Shown here in pieces: positions 1 to 10,387 of a stretch of DNA of 41,191 nt; position 1 is the stretch's first letter; every line of letters begins with the position of its first letter. Source of the stretch: Nemertoderma westbladi. Taxonomy: Eukaryota > Animalia > Xenacoelomorpha. A program made the translations under genes and the position numbers. The notes below the pieces were generated by a model, which did not search any database, had not been told where the DNA came from, and was given only the letters and a program-made list of their open reading frames with translations. The DNA lies in the NCBI GenBank assembly GCA_032718475.1, contig JAUCBJ010001268.1, forward strand, positions 1 through 41,191. Direction: 5' to 3'.

Positions 1-464
1 AGTACAGATGAGTGTGGTATTTAGGATGTTTCGTACAGTTCGATAATGGCATACTTTCTACTTAATTGCGCCTTTCAAGCTAAGTTTTACCTAATTAATT
101 TCGGAGCTAGTAAATCAGCCTAATTTACAATTTCTGTCCGTTACTTTTATTATGTTCTAGAACGACTTCGCTTGTGTTGCCACTATTTTCTAACTTTCAG
201 CCCTATTCTATTTATTTGTTTATTTTTTACTTTGATTCTACTGTCCTACTACTTATTACTGCCTATGGATTTATTCTATTCTCTCTCTGATCCATATTCT
301 GGCCTACTCAGTGGGCCTATGCAGTACAGCAGTATGCGTCGTGTGGCCACACGATTTATCCAGCTGCACTCATATGCCCCCCTCTCGCTACTAACTCTAC
401 TTACTGCTAATTAATATCTATATCCTATTTACCCCCTTTTACCTCTTACTCTCTCTCTCTAACT

Positions 465-1308
465 AGTGGTACTACGTACCCTCTAACTCTAACTAACGGT
501 ACTACGTACCTACTAACTCTAACTCTAACTAGGTACTACGTACCTACTAACTCTAACTAACTATTGGTACTACGTACCCTCTAACTCTCTAACTATCGGT
601 ACTACGTACCCTCTAACTCTAACTCTAACTAGGTACTACGTACCTACTAACTCTCTAACTATCGGTACTACGTACCCTCTAACTCTAACTCTAACTAGGT
701 ACTACGTACCTACTAACTCTCTAACTATCGGTACTATGTACCCCCTAACTCTAACTCTAACTAGGTACTACGTACCTACTAACTCTCTAACTATCGGTAC
801 TACGTACCCTCTAACTCTAACTCTAACTAGGTACTACGTACCTACTAACTCTCTAACTATCGGTACTACGTACCCCCTAACTCTAACTCTAACTAGGTAC
901 TACGTACCTACTAACTCTCTAACTATCGGTACTACGTACCCTCTAACTCTAACTCTAACTAGGTACTACGTACCTACTAACTCTCTAACTATCGGTACTA
1001 CGTACCCCCTAACTCTAACTCTAACTAGGTACTACGTACCTACTAACTCTCTAACTATCGGTACTACGTACCTACTAACTAACTCTAGGTACTACGTACC
1101 TACTAACTCTCTAACTCTAGGCACTACGTACCTACTAACTCTCTAACCCTAGGCACTACGTACCTACTAACTAACTAACTCTAGGTACTACGTACCTATT
1201 AACTCTCTAACTCTAGGCACTACGTACCTACTAACTCTCTAACCCTAGGTACTGCGTACCTACTAACTAACTAACTCTAGGTGCTACGTACCTACTAACT
1301 AACTAACT
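465..1308. repeat. Minisatellite, 66-bp dimeric unit built on a GGTACTACGTACC core with CTAACT spacers, decaying to ~30-bp monomers at the right
   Basis: AGGTACTACG recurs at 631, 697, 763 and so on (period 66); the ORF at 736-1146 is the 22-aa translation of this repeat. Confidence 0.95.
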
Positions 1309-1460
1309 ATTTTTTATTTATTTTATTTTTTTGTGTGGGAAGGGCGTCTCGCCCTCAATCCCACCCCCCTCAGTCCAAAACTTGGACGACTAAACTCCAC
1401 ACTAACTCCAATTTAAGGTGCCCCTTCTAGAAGACAGGTAACACCTCTGCCCGCACCTTT

Positions 1461-4400
1461 TTACGGATCTAACTCTTCCATCCCAGTCCAACCTGTTGGA
1501 CAACTCAGCGACCCAAGGGGTGATTCCTCCAGCAGGCAACTCTCCCACTGCCCCCCTATAGGTTCTCTAATTCTTCGCTCCGCTCTCCTTGTTAATTCGA
1601 TAGGTGGTCTTTTCTCCTGTTTTTGGAAATGCTGTCTTCTATTTATGTTTCTGATCTCGTGGTCGTCCCTTGGCGGCAAAGTGCCACCCTTCAACGTGTC
1701 ACCCAGCGGTATAATGCCGCCCCTGTTCTTCTCCTTAATCTTAGATGCCACCTCTGCTGGCCTCCCCCTTAATATGTGTGCTGGCATTAAAGGCTTCAAC
1801 GACCCCCGTTCGTCCTTCGGTATACACGATGCCTGCCCATGTAATGCCCCCTCGCACTCTGTCAGTTCCGCGTGCGTACGCAGCACGCCTCCTACTCTCC
1901 CGCCTCCTTTGTCCACCATATGTTTATTCATGGGCTTCTCTGCCCCTGGTCTGATCGTCTCGCATCTTCTCCCTTTCCATCTTGTATTCTTACTCGGCTT
2001 CCCCCTTGTCGGTATGCCTCTCAACCGGACCGGCGTCTCTTCCAGACGCTCCTCTGGACACCCCACCGGACACTTCTCCGGTTTGTCCTCCCGACACTTC
2101 ACCGTCCGCTCCTCTCCATCTCCATACCGATACTTGCTGGGACCCTTATTCCAACCCATCGTCTCTAGATCTTCTGCATCCATACCATTCTCCTCCGCCC
2201 ACTCTCTTGGTGTTGCTTCTACTTCTAGCTGTCTACCACTATCGCCCATCTCTGGTCTCTCCTCTATCTCGTCAGTTCCTGGCACCATGCATCCTGAACT
2301 CTCGGACACATGGAATGGTATATTACTCTTAATTGGGCCTGTCAGTGTCCACCCGAATGGTGTTAATATAGCCACCGGGTCACTCTGCTTGTCTTCGCCG
2401 AAGACCGTTTGCATTCTCTCGTGGGCCGTTGGGCAGTCCATGCCTACTATGATGGATACCTTCCTAACGTCCACGTCTGGGATTGAGAAGTCAATGTTGT
2501 CCAGGAATTTGTATTGCTCGACCTCGATGTTGGTTGGCCGCCTGGCATTGATGTTAATTGACTCTATTACTTGGATGGGGTCGATGGTTGCCCCATAATC
2601 GCATCCTGGTGCCACTGCTGCAATTGCGCACCGTCCTGTCCTCATCTCTAGGATCTCGTCTTTGCTAGAGATGGTTGTCACCGCCATCCTGCTTGGCCTC
2701 GTTCTCAACCCTATTTCTTCGGCTACCCATTCCTCAACTAATGTGAAGGCAGCTCCACTATCAACCAGCATTAGTGTTGTTACTGATCGATTGCCTTCCC
2801 CGATCACTCGTACTGGTACTACTCCAAGTAGCACTGTTCCTCTCTTCTTCGCCCCTACTGTGCTCGTTGCCATCGTCTGGCCTCTCCTTTGGCCAAACTT
2901 GACCGGCTTCTCTTGGCATTCCCTGGCCTTGTGTCCACTCTTCACACATCGCGAGCAGATTTTATTGCTCGACGCGTAATCTATCTGGTCTTGCCTCGGT
3001 AGCGCCTGCCAGTACCTGCAATTCATAGTTTTATGAAGCGCATTTGCGTGTAACTGGCATTTGCTCTTTGGGTCGTAGCCCTCTTTATACAATGCATTGC
3101 GTATCGCAGTTATATTCGTACCAAAGTCCCTACTATTCTTATTGACTGGGTTTGGCCTACTGGACGTACTGGGGTTATGTTTATTCATGTTGTTATTGTT
3201 CCCCTGTCCGTCCCTTGATGTTGTCTTATCTTCGTTTGTCTGTGGACTTGCAGTCCCCTGCGTCGCTGCATATGGCAACGATTGCCTGAGTCTCGGTAAC
3301 GCGTTCGATGTGTTGTGCTCTGGTTTTGGTCTATGGTAGTCTGTCTTTGGTCCCTTTCCCAGGCTGTCTTCACTATAGACTGGGTCCGTTATTAGTTCGG
3401 CCTCGTAATTTAAGAAGTTTGACATTTCTTCTAAACCCGGTTCCGCACCCTTCTTGTCTCGAGTGGAGAAAGCGATCTTCCTCCATTTGTTGCGCAGCCA
3501 GCTCGGTAGTGCCTGCGCTATCGTGGTGATGTTATTGGACGCGTTGAGCTCGTATGGCGCGTCTAGTGTCTTCAGCACGATCAGCGCCTTCTCGACTTTG
3601 TTAGCAAACGTCTTAATGCTAACGGGGTTATCCTGTAGGCCACCCGATGTTATGCCTCTCAGCGTCTGCCTGATGATCTTGGCCGGGTGCCCGTATTCCC
3701 TATCCAGTGCCCGCCATGCTGTCGTGAAGCCGCCCTCTATTCCTTGGTATTGCCTCACGATATCGTATGCTGGGCCTCCCGTGTACACTTGTAGATACTT
3801 TAGGCACTCCGCCTGCGTCAAGTTTTTTGTTAGTATTTCGTTACTATACATTCGCCGAAATTGTAAATATTCTTCCGGCCTGCTCCCATCGAACTTGAAT
3901 GGTTCCACGGGTGGTAATTCGATCCTCGTTTTCAACGCATCGATCAACGTGGCCATCCCCATTGCCTGCGCTTCCAATGGATTCGACGGGCGCTGCATAG
4001 TTTCCCCTGTCTGGTGCGGTTCGTCCGTCCTATTTCTTGATCTTCTCTGACTCGGATATGTCATCGGGGGTAGCGGCCCCCTCCATATATCTGTATCACA
4101 CGACCTGTTTTCATCCAGGGGTCTCGTGGTTCTTGTTCCTATCGGGGTATATTGTTGATATTGTGATGGGGGAATGTCACCCTGTCCCCCCCCCACCGGT
4201 ATGTCTGGTACTGGGGTTGATGTTAATATGTTGGGGCCCATACACCTATCCGCAATAATCCCCCCCTCCCCTGGGTATATGTTATGTCCCTGCATGCTGT
4301 AGTCATACTGCTGTGCTGGTACCGGTATAGGCCTATCAGCTTCTGGCCTACTCGCCGGTATGTATTCCGCGACTTCCGGGTTTAATCCCGTTGTCCGCGC

Positions 4401-4946
4401 TATCCTATCGCCTACATTGCCTCTCTCAGTATGGCCTACGGTATGTGCAGTAAGGCCTATAGTATGTCCTACAGTCTGCATGTGTTGTTCGGGATCGAAG
4501 TTTATTCTTCTCGAATAATCCTCCCCGCGGCTACCGTATTCTCGACCGGTAGGTATATTCCGTCGGAAAGTTTCTCTTCGACCCCCCTCTCCACTGTTTT
4601 CATCTTCGTACTGGTACATCGTGTACCCCTCTCTCGGCGTGTAATGCGCCTCACCGGATCGCATCCCTCCGGGGCGACGGCAATCTCCCGGAGTCCGACC
4701 CCACTGACTCTCCGTTCTCATCTCGACTACCGACGGCTCGCTGTCCGTCCTCGCTCTTCTATCGTTTGCGGCGATACTTCTACTACTGTCTTCCTTTCTT
4801 TTCGTATCAGTGGAATATTCCCGCTCGCGAGATCTCTCGTCGACCTCCCGGTTAAACCCCACTGTTCTTCTTTCCTCCTCTGATTGGGCTCGACGCTTCG
4901 TCCGCCCTCCCGCAACGTCAACCTGTCTTTCCTTGCCCGGTCGCAC
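1461..4946 (-). CDS. BEL/Pao gag core (DUF1759-like), zinc knuckles, aspartic protease and pol remnants
   Basis: PFKFDGSRPEEYLQF...LKYLQVYTGGPA...AWRALDREYGHP (BEL gag); CQLHANALHKTMNC and CSRCVKSGHKAREC; LVDSGA and IIVGMD (protease); AILTPFGWTLTGP; remnants WNKGP, RVGGVL and PLMPAHIL. Confidence 0.85.
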   Translation of the reverse strand: MRPGKERQVDVAGGRTKRRAQSEEERRTVGFNREVDERSREREYSTDTKRKEDSSRSIAANDRRARTDSEPSVVEMRTESQWGRTPGDCRRPGGMRSGEAHYTPREGYTMYQYEDENSGEGGRRETFRRNIPTGREYGSRGEDYSRRINFDPEQHMQTVGHTIGLTAHTVGHTERGNVGDRIARTTGLNPEVAEYIPASRPEADRPIPVPAQQYDYSMQGHNIYPGEGGIIADRCMGPNILTSTPVPDIPVGGGQGDIPPSQYQQYTPIGTRTTRPLDENRSCDTDIWRGPLPPMTYPSQRRSRNRTDEPHQTGETMQRPSNPLEAQAMGMATLIDALKTRIELPPVEPFKFDGSRPEEYLQFRRMYSNEILTKNLTQAECLKYLQVYTGGPAYDIVRQYQGIEGGFTTAWRALDREYGHPAKIIRQTLRGITSGGLQDNPVSIKTFANKVEKALIVLKTLDAPYELNASNNITTIAQALPSWLRNKWRKIAFSTRDKKGAEPGLEEMSNFLNYEAELITDPVYSEDSLGKGPKTDYHRPKPEHNTSNALPRLRQSLPYAATQGTASPQTNEDKTTSRDGQGNNNNMNKHNPSTSSRPNPVNKNSRDFGTNITAIRNALYKEGYDPKSKCQLHANALHKTMNCRYWQALPRQDQIDYASSNKICSRCVKSGHKARECQEKPVKFGQRRGQTMATSTVGAKKRGTVLLGVVPVRVIGEGNRSVTTLMLVDSGAAFTLVEEWVAEEIGLRTRPSRMAVTTISSKDEILEMRTGRCAIAAVAPGCDYGATIDPIQVIESININARRPTNIEVEQYKFLDNIDFSIPDVDVRKVSIIVGMDCPTAHERMQTVFGEDKQSDPVAILTPFGWTLTGPIKSNIPFHVSESSGCMVPGTDEIEERPEMGDSGRQLEVEATPREWAEENGMDAEDLETMGWNKGPSKYRYGDGEERTVKCREDKPEKCPVGCPEERLEETPVRLRGIPTRGKPSKNTRWKGRRCETIRPGAEKPMNKHMVDKGGGRVGGVLRTHAELTECEGALHGQASCIPKDERGSLKPLMPAHILRGRPAEVASKIKEKNRGGIIPLGDTLKGGTLPPRDDHEIRNINRRQHFQKQEKRPPIELTRRAERRIREPIGGQWESCLLEESPLGSLSCPTGWTGMEELDP

Positions 4947-5072
4947 GTCGCTGGGGATACTCGTAATCCCCCTATTACTTTCCGTCGCTGGTTGTTGCGG
5001 TTTACCTATTTCGGCCCTCGCATTATCCGCTGACGGCTGTGGGACACTCTCTGCCCCCCCCCCTTCTCGCCG

Positions 5073-5820
5073 CTAACTCTCTGTTGTGGGGCCCTCGTAG
5101 CCCCCCCCCCCCCACTCGCTACATCTAACTTCGCTACCTCTTTCCCCGCTATTATATACCTCTCTAGTCGACACATCAACCCTACCACAGTCGGGTCTAT
5201 TCACCCCCGCCTCTCCCTCTGCTATTGCATGGCCTACCAGACTCTCTACTCCCTGCCTACCAACTACGTGGCCTACCAGGCCCTCTGCTCCCTGTCTACT
5301 AACTACGTGGCCTACCAGGCCCTCTGCTCCCTGTCTACTAACTACGTGGCCTACCAGGCCCTCTGCTCCCTCTCTACTAACTACGTGGCCTACCAGGCCC
5401 TCTTCCGCCTGGCTATGTAGGCCCGACGTATTTACATTAATAGCACCCATATTAGAAACGGAATTAATTTGCTCGTTTGAAACAAAACCATTTGCATTAC
5501 TCTGCGCGATCACGTTAACTGAATTATTTTGTAAATTCGGGCTGAGATCATTATTTAAATTATTCGAATTATTCTGTGTAATTGCGTTATTTAAGTTATT
5601 TTGTAGGTCCGAATTCGGATTATCATTTTGATTATTTGAATTATTTTGCGTAACTACATCAACATTAGAATTATTTTCTACATTAGTATTGGGATTGTTC
5701 TGATTTAAATTTAAATTACTACCACTAGGCAAAGTATTTCCTGCAACAAAGGTTTGATTAGTGTTATCCCATACGGTACTATTAATATCAACAACGTCTA
5801 CTGTACCATTATTATTATTA
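5073..5820 (-). CDS. Asn/Gln-rich low-complexity middle segment of the BEL gag polyprotein, with a 13-aa repeat
   Basis: Same frame as 1461-4946 and separated from it by one TAG at 5073-5075; the frame is open up to the G10 run at 5821-5830; 39-bp repeat EGLVGHVVSRQGA at ~5230-5400. Confidence 0.6.
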
Positions 5821-7402
5821 CCCCCCCCCCGCCCGTACGGTTACACCAGTTTTGGGTCTGTCGTGCGGTCCCTGTCAGTGGGGTGTTAATGAACGTGTCT
5901 ACGGCTCCTGGCTCCTCAAAAATACTCGAGCCGGCCCCGCTTTCAGACGGCAACACTCGGACCAATTCCAGCTCGTGCGCCCGTCTAATCTTATTTTTTG
6001 CCGATACACCTTGGCGTTTCTCTAATTCCCTTAACTCTCGCTCAGCCTTTGCCCCTCTCTCCTCACTCTCCTGGCTGTCCCGTCTGGCCGACTCTACTAC
6101 ACTCCTAGCGTTCTCCCTTCGTCTCGCCTCACGTTCTTTGCGTTCCTTTTCCTTTCTTGCCTCATATTCCTTGCGTTCCTTTTCCCTTCTCGCCTCACGT
6201 TCCTTGCGTTCCTCGTCCTCCCTTGCCTCACGCTCTCTGCGTTCCCTTTCCTCCCTAGCCTCACGCTCTCTACACTCCTTTTCCTCTATTTCGTCACTCT
6301 CCCTAAGGCTCCTCAAAGCCCTTTCGACCCTCTCACCGTTCTCTTTAATCAATGCCGCTTCCCTCGCTAACCGCGCTCTCCCCTCCTCTAGCCGTTCCTC
6401 CATTTCCTTCTGACCTTTCTCTGCCACGTCGAGGCGGTATGCGGCACCTATCTCTCTCACCACTCTTTCTTTCGCGGAGGATGTAACAGACTTATCGGTT
6501 ACGACGGACTTCCCCCGCCTTCCCGACCTACTAACTTTCCCCGGCCTCCCGGAGCTTTCTCCGACCGACGAGGCCGAATCCTCGGGGTTAACCTCGGATT
6601 CGCCCCCTTCGAGTCCCCTCCAACCCACTGGTTTTACTCCCCGGGCATCGACCAAGTATGGCCCTATGTACACTGGCGCTACACTAGGTTCCATACTCCC
6701 ACACTCCCATAGTTCAAACAGTTCGCCGGCTATCCTTTCTGCTCTCTCCCCGGCCAGTTCTCTCTGCCCAAAACGTATTAGGTAATTTAAGTGTCTATCC
6801 GACTCACCTAGTCGCTTTCTCAGTCTCACCTCGTCTACCTTCGCCCCTTCCTTCTTGGCGTCGTTTATCAGCTTCCGGGTCGCGTTGTAGGCCCGTCGAA
6901 GTCGCTCAGAAACCCCGACGTCCTCATCGCCGACCTCTCCTCCGTCCCTCCGGGTTCGACGTCGTACCGGCGGCTCCACCGTCGCCGTTCCGGTGGGCCG
7001 TCCGTCGCCCTCGGCCTGTAGCTGGCCGGCGACATCGGTACCGATCTCTCCTCCGTCTCTTCGCGTCCGGCGTCGCACCGTCGGCCCCACCGTCGCCGTT
7101 TCGGTGGGCCGCCCGTCGCCCTCGGCCGGTAGCTGGCCGGCGACATCGGCGCGCCGTTCTCCCTCTCGTGTCGACTCGTCTCCATCTCCCTCCATCTCGC
7201 TCTCTTTCTCTCTTGGCTCGACTTCGGGTTCCAGGCCCTCCTCGTCCTGGACTTCCGGTTCGCCCGTTATCGATGGCTCCGGCGTCGTGGGCCTGTATCG
7301 CTTGGTCGCGGCCTCGCGGATCGTTTGATCTTCGTCCGGGGTCCGCGTCGGTGTCTCGCCCGATTCACTCATCTCGTCTGCTCGGTGGAGTTCGACTAGC
7401 AA
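5798..7402 (-). CDS. N-terminal part of BEL gag (acidic region, 37-aa duplication, E/R coiled coil)
   Basis: VNPEDSASSV resembles the PxDSxS motif of BEL gag N-termini and is followed by a Ser-rich stretch and a charged coiled coil; 111-bp duplication (7021 vs 7132). Confidence 0.6.
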   Translation of the reverse strand: MLVELHRADEMSESGETPTRTPDEDQTIREAATKRYRPTTPEPSITGEPEVQDEEGLEPEVEPREKESEMEGDGDESTREGERRADVAGQLPAEGDGRPTETATVGPTVRRRTRRDGGEIGTDVAGQLQAEGDGRPTGTATVEPPVRRRTRRDGGEVGDEDVGVSERLRRAYNATRKLINDAKKEGAKVDEVRLRKRLGESDRHLNYLIRFGQRELAGERAERIAGELFELWECGSMEPSVAPVYIGPYLVDARGVKPVGWRGLEGGESEVNPEDSASSVGESSGRPGKVSRSGRRGKSVVTDKSVTSSAKERVVREIGAAYRLDVAEKGQKEMEERLEEGRARLAREAALIKENGERVERALRSLRESDEIEEKECREREAREERERREREAREDEERKEREARREKERKEYEARKEKERKEREARRRENARSVVESARRDSQESEERGAKAERELRELEKRQGVSAKNKIRRAHELELVRVLPSESGAGSSIFEEPGAVDTFINTPLTGTARQTQNWCNRTGGGGVIIIMVQ

Positions 7403-7993
7403 GCAGTGTAGTTCTCAGAGTTTAACTGGGGCGGCAGCTCGGATTTAGTTACTGTGACGGGATCCAGGAGGGATCCCGATTTATCCGATGTGGTAATTTA
7501 GTCCACGCGTCCCCGCCGTGTATAAGGGTGAAATAAAGGTAACTGAGTTCTGAAGTTCGGTGTATAATAATAATAGGACATAGGATATAGATATAGGTAT
7601 AATGTGTACAAGGCGGGATACGGTAACTAAAGTCCCGTGATCCCCTAACTAAACTAATTGACTGTACCCTACGCTAGCACTGCTGCACTGAGATAACTGA
7701 ATCACTGATTAATAGGTTATTGGTTATATTGCACGGTGGCCTTACTGCTACTCAATCGATGCCATTCCCCCCTCTGATTGGTTAATACCCTTGTTGGCGC
7801 CCCGTGGAGTATTCCCGTTCACTCCACCTGTTCTCTCTGGGTTAGGGGTTTGGCCCCTGACCCTCTATTGTGTGCTTCCTTCCCACTCTTATTGGGATGG
7901 CACGAGTTGGTTAATTGCCCAATCTCGTGGCTCCCAATATTGCTTATCGGCTTATAACTTTATGGGGTGTTGGCGGGATTGAATAAGCTAACA

Positions 7994-8183
7994 AATTAAT
8001 TTTTTTTTTACTTTTTTTTTCAGAAGTTCTCCATGACGTCTTAATTTATGGTCGACCAAACATTAATTTTTGGTCGACCATAAATTAATTTTTGGTCGAC
8101 AATAAATTATTTTTTGGTCGACCATAAATTATGACGTCATAGAGAACTTCTGAAAAAAAAAAATAAAAAGAAATAAATTAATT
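7994..8183. repeat. ~190-bp foldback palindrome / MITE-like element
   Basis: Left arm TTTTCAGAAGTTCTCCATGACGTC..AATTTATGGTCGACCA mirrors right arm TGGTCGACCATAAATT..GACGTCATAGAGAACTTCTGAAAA; four internal TGGTCGAC units about 21-23 bp apart. Confidence 0.8.
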
Positions 8184-8237
8184 GGCAAAGATCAGCCACC
8201 GTACATTACACATTACAAGCAAAGCTAAAGCAAAAAA

Positions 8238-9348
8238 TTAATGAGGGACATAAACAATAATGATGGACAACAACATTAATGTTGGACAACAACATTAATG
8301 ATGGACAACAACATTCATAATGGACACAAACATTAATGAGAGACACACACATTAATGAGATACACAAACATTAATGAGAGACACAAATATTAATGGGGGA
8401 TACAAATATTAATGAGGTACACAAACATTAACGAGGGACACAAACATTAATGAGGTACACAAACATTAATGAGGGACACACATTAATTAAAGCCCAAACA
8501 TTAATTAGAGACACAAACATTAATAAAGCCCGAATATTAATGAGGGACACAAACATTAATGAGGGATACAAACATCAATGAGGGACACAAACATTAATGA
8601 AAGCCCAAACATTAATTAGAGACACAAACATTAATAAAGCCCGAATATTAATGAGGGACACAAACATTAATGAGGGATACAAACATCAATGAGGGACACA
8701 AACATTAATGAAAGCCCAAACATTAATTAGAGACACAAACATTAATGAGGGACACAAACATTAATGTGGGACACAAACATTAATGAGGTACACAAACATT
8801 AATGGGGGACACAAACATTAATGAGGGACACAAACATTAATGCGGGACACAAACATTAATTAGAGACACAAACATTAATGCGGGACACAAACATTAATTA
8901 GAGTCACAAGCATTAATGAGAGACACAAACATTAATGAGGGACACAAACATTAATTAGAGACACAAACATTAATGCGGGACATAAACATTAATGAGGGAC
9001 ACAAACATTGATAAAGCCCGAATATTAATGAGGGACACAAACATTAATGAGGGATACAAACATCAATGAGGGACACAAACATTAATGAGGGATACAAACA
9101 TTAATGAGGGACACAAACATTAATGAGGGACACAAACATCAATGAGGGACACAAACATTAATGAAAGCCCAAACATTCATGAGGGACACAAACATTAATG
9201 AGGGACACAAACATCAATGAGGGACACAAACATTAATGAAAGCCCAAACATTAATTAGAGACACAAACATTAATGAGAGACACAAACATTAATAAAGCCC
9301 GAATATTAATGAGGGACACAAACATTAATGAGGGATACAAACATTAAT
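8238..9348. repeat. 19-bp minisatellite (GAGGGACACAAACATTAAT)n
   Basis: Directly visible tandem unit, roughly 55-60 copies, with variant units such as AAAGCCCGAATATTAAT. Confidence 0.95.
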
Positions 9349-9629
9349 TGAAATAATTAAGAATGTGTAAAAAAACGTGGAGTTTACTATCGCCTGTATA
9401 TATTTAATTACTCAAAGACCATTATATTTCTCACCTCGGGGCATCAGGGTTACTTCACTACTAAATTCAGTATCTAAAACTAACACAAGGCCTGGCCTAC
9501 AAACCGCTATGGAATGTTTGCACATCAAATAACCAACAACACTAAATCGCAAAATATTTATCCACGACTAAAACAGTGCAATAAATCGTAAATATTTATT
9601 GACGAAGCGCCATTTTTTTAAAATAGTTT

Positions 9630-10060
9630 ATACACAACGTGCAACAATGAGCAACAATTGGCAACAACGAGCAACAATTAGCAAAAACGAGCAACACGAT
9701 CAACAATGAGCAACAATAAGCAACAACGAGCAATACTAAAGTAGAACAACGAGCCACAATGAGCAATACTAAAGTAGAATAATGAGCATGAGAAACAACG
9801 ACCAACAAAGAACAACAATGAGCACAAACGAGCAAAAACGAACAACAATGAGCAACAAAATGCAACAATGATCAACAACGCGCATGAGCAACAATAAGCA
9901 ACAACGTGCAACAATCAGCAATACTAAAGTAGAACAATGAGCGACAATGATCAACAACAAGCAACAATGATCAACAACGAGCAACAATGATCAACAACGA
10001 GCAACAATGACAATCATTGCTCATTGTCACTCATTGTTGCTCGTTGTTTCCATTGTTGCT
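9630..10060. repeat. Degenerate ~10-bp (AGCAACAATG) repeat ending in inverted copies
   Basis: Direct copies 9630-10012, then CATTGCTCATTGTCACTCATTGTTGCTCGTTG (reverse-complement units) 10016-10060. Confidence 0.8.
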
Positions 10061-10387
10061 ATAATTATATCCGATACGTTTTCCAAATGTGTGTGTATCG
10101 AAAGCCCTTATAGAGATGGGGGGGAGGGGGGGTTCGACGAAATAAGACTCGAACTATTATAGTATAATTAGAACTGTTCTCCGATGATGGCTTAGAGTCC
10201 GATGATGCTGCACGAAGGCGTTAATCGCAACCCAGTTGGGTTGCGATATACTTATGAAGCCAGAACCTACAACCCGGGGCCCGGGGCTCAAATAACTGAG
10301 CTACCAACCTTCTAAGTAACTAATAATTTTATAAATTTTCCAATACTATGAGGAATATTATTTTGATCTCTTAATTTTTCTATACAG

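Larger units (their letters stand above)
1461..7402 (-). mobile_element. BEL/Pao LTR-retrotransposon-derived, non-autonomous gag-protease coding region with collapsed pol; LTRs not identifiable in the window
   Basis: Three minus-strand ORFs join into one frame if G-runs at 5821-5830 and 5054-5113 are corrected; BEL gag, zinc-knuckle and protease motifs are present and no RT YxDD motif is found. Confidence 0.8.

Noticed and set aside
1645-7425. Plus-strand ORFs overlapping the BEL ORFs, and short antisense ORFs within the Gypsy, Copia and LINE elements
   Set aside because: Shadow ORFs of real coding frames with no recognisable motifs.
7450-7993. Candidate 5' LTR of the BEL element (TG at 7519 ... 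AACA at 7993)
   Set aside because: No second copy in the window, no canonical TGG PBS and no TSD, so it cannot be supported.
10170-10310. Possible minus-strand tRNA/SINE relic (GGTAGCTCAGTT; CCCAGTTGGGTTG shared with ~36186)
   Set aside because: Too degenerate: no clear B box or boundaries.
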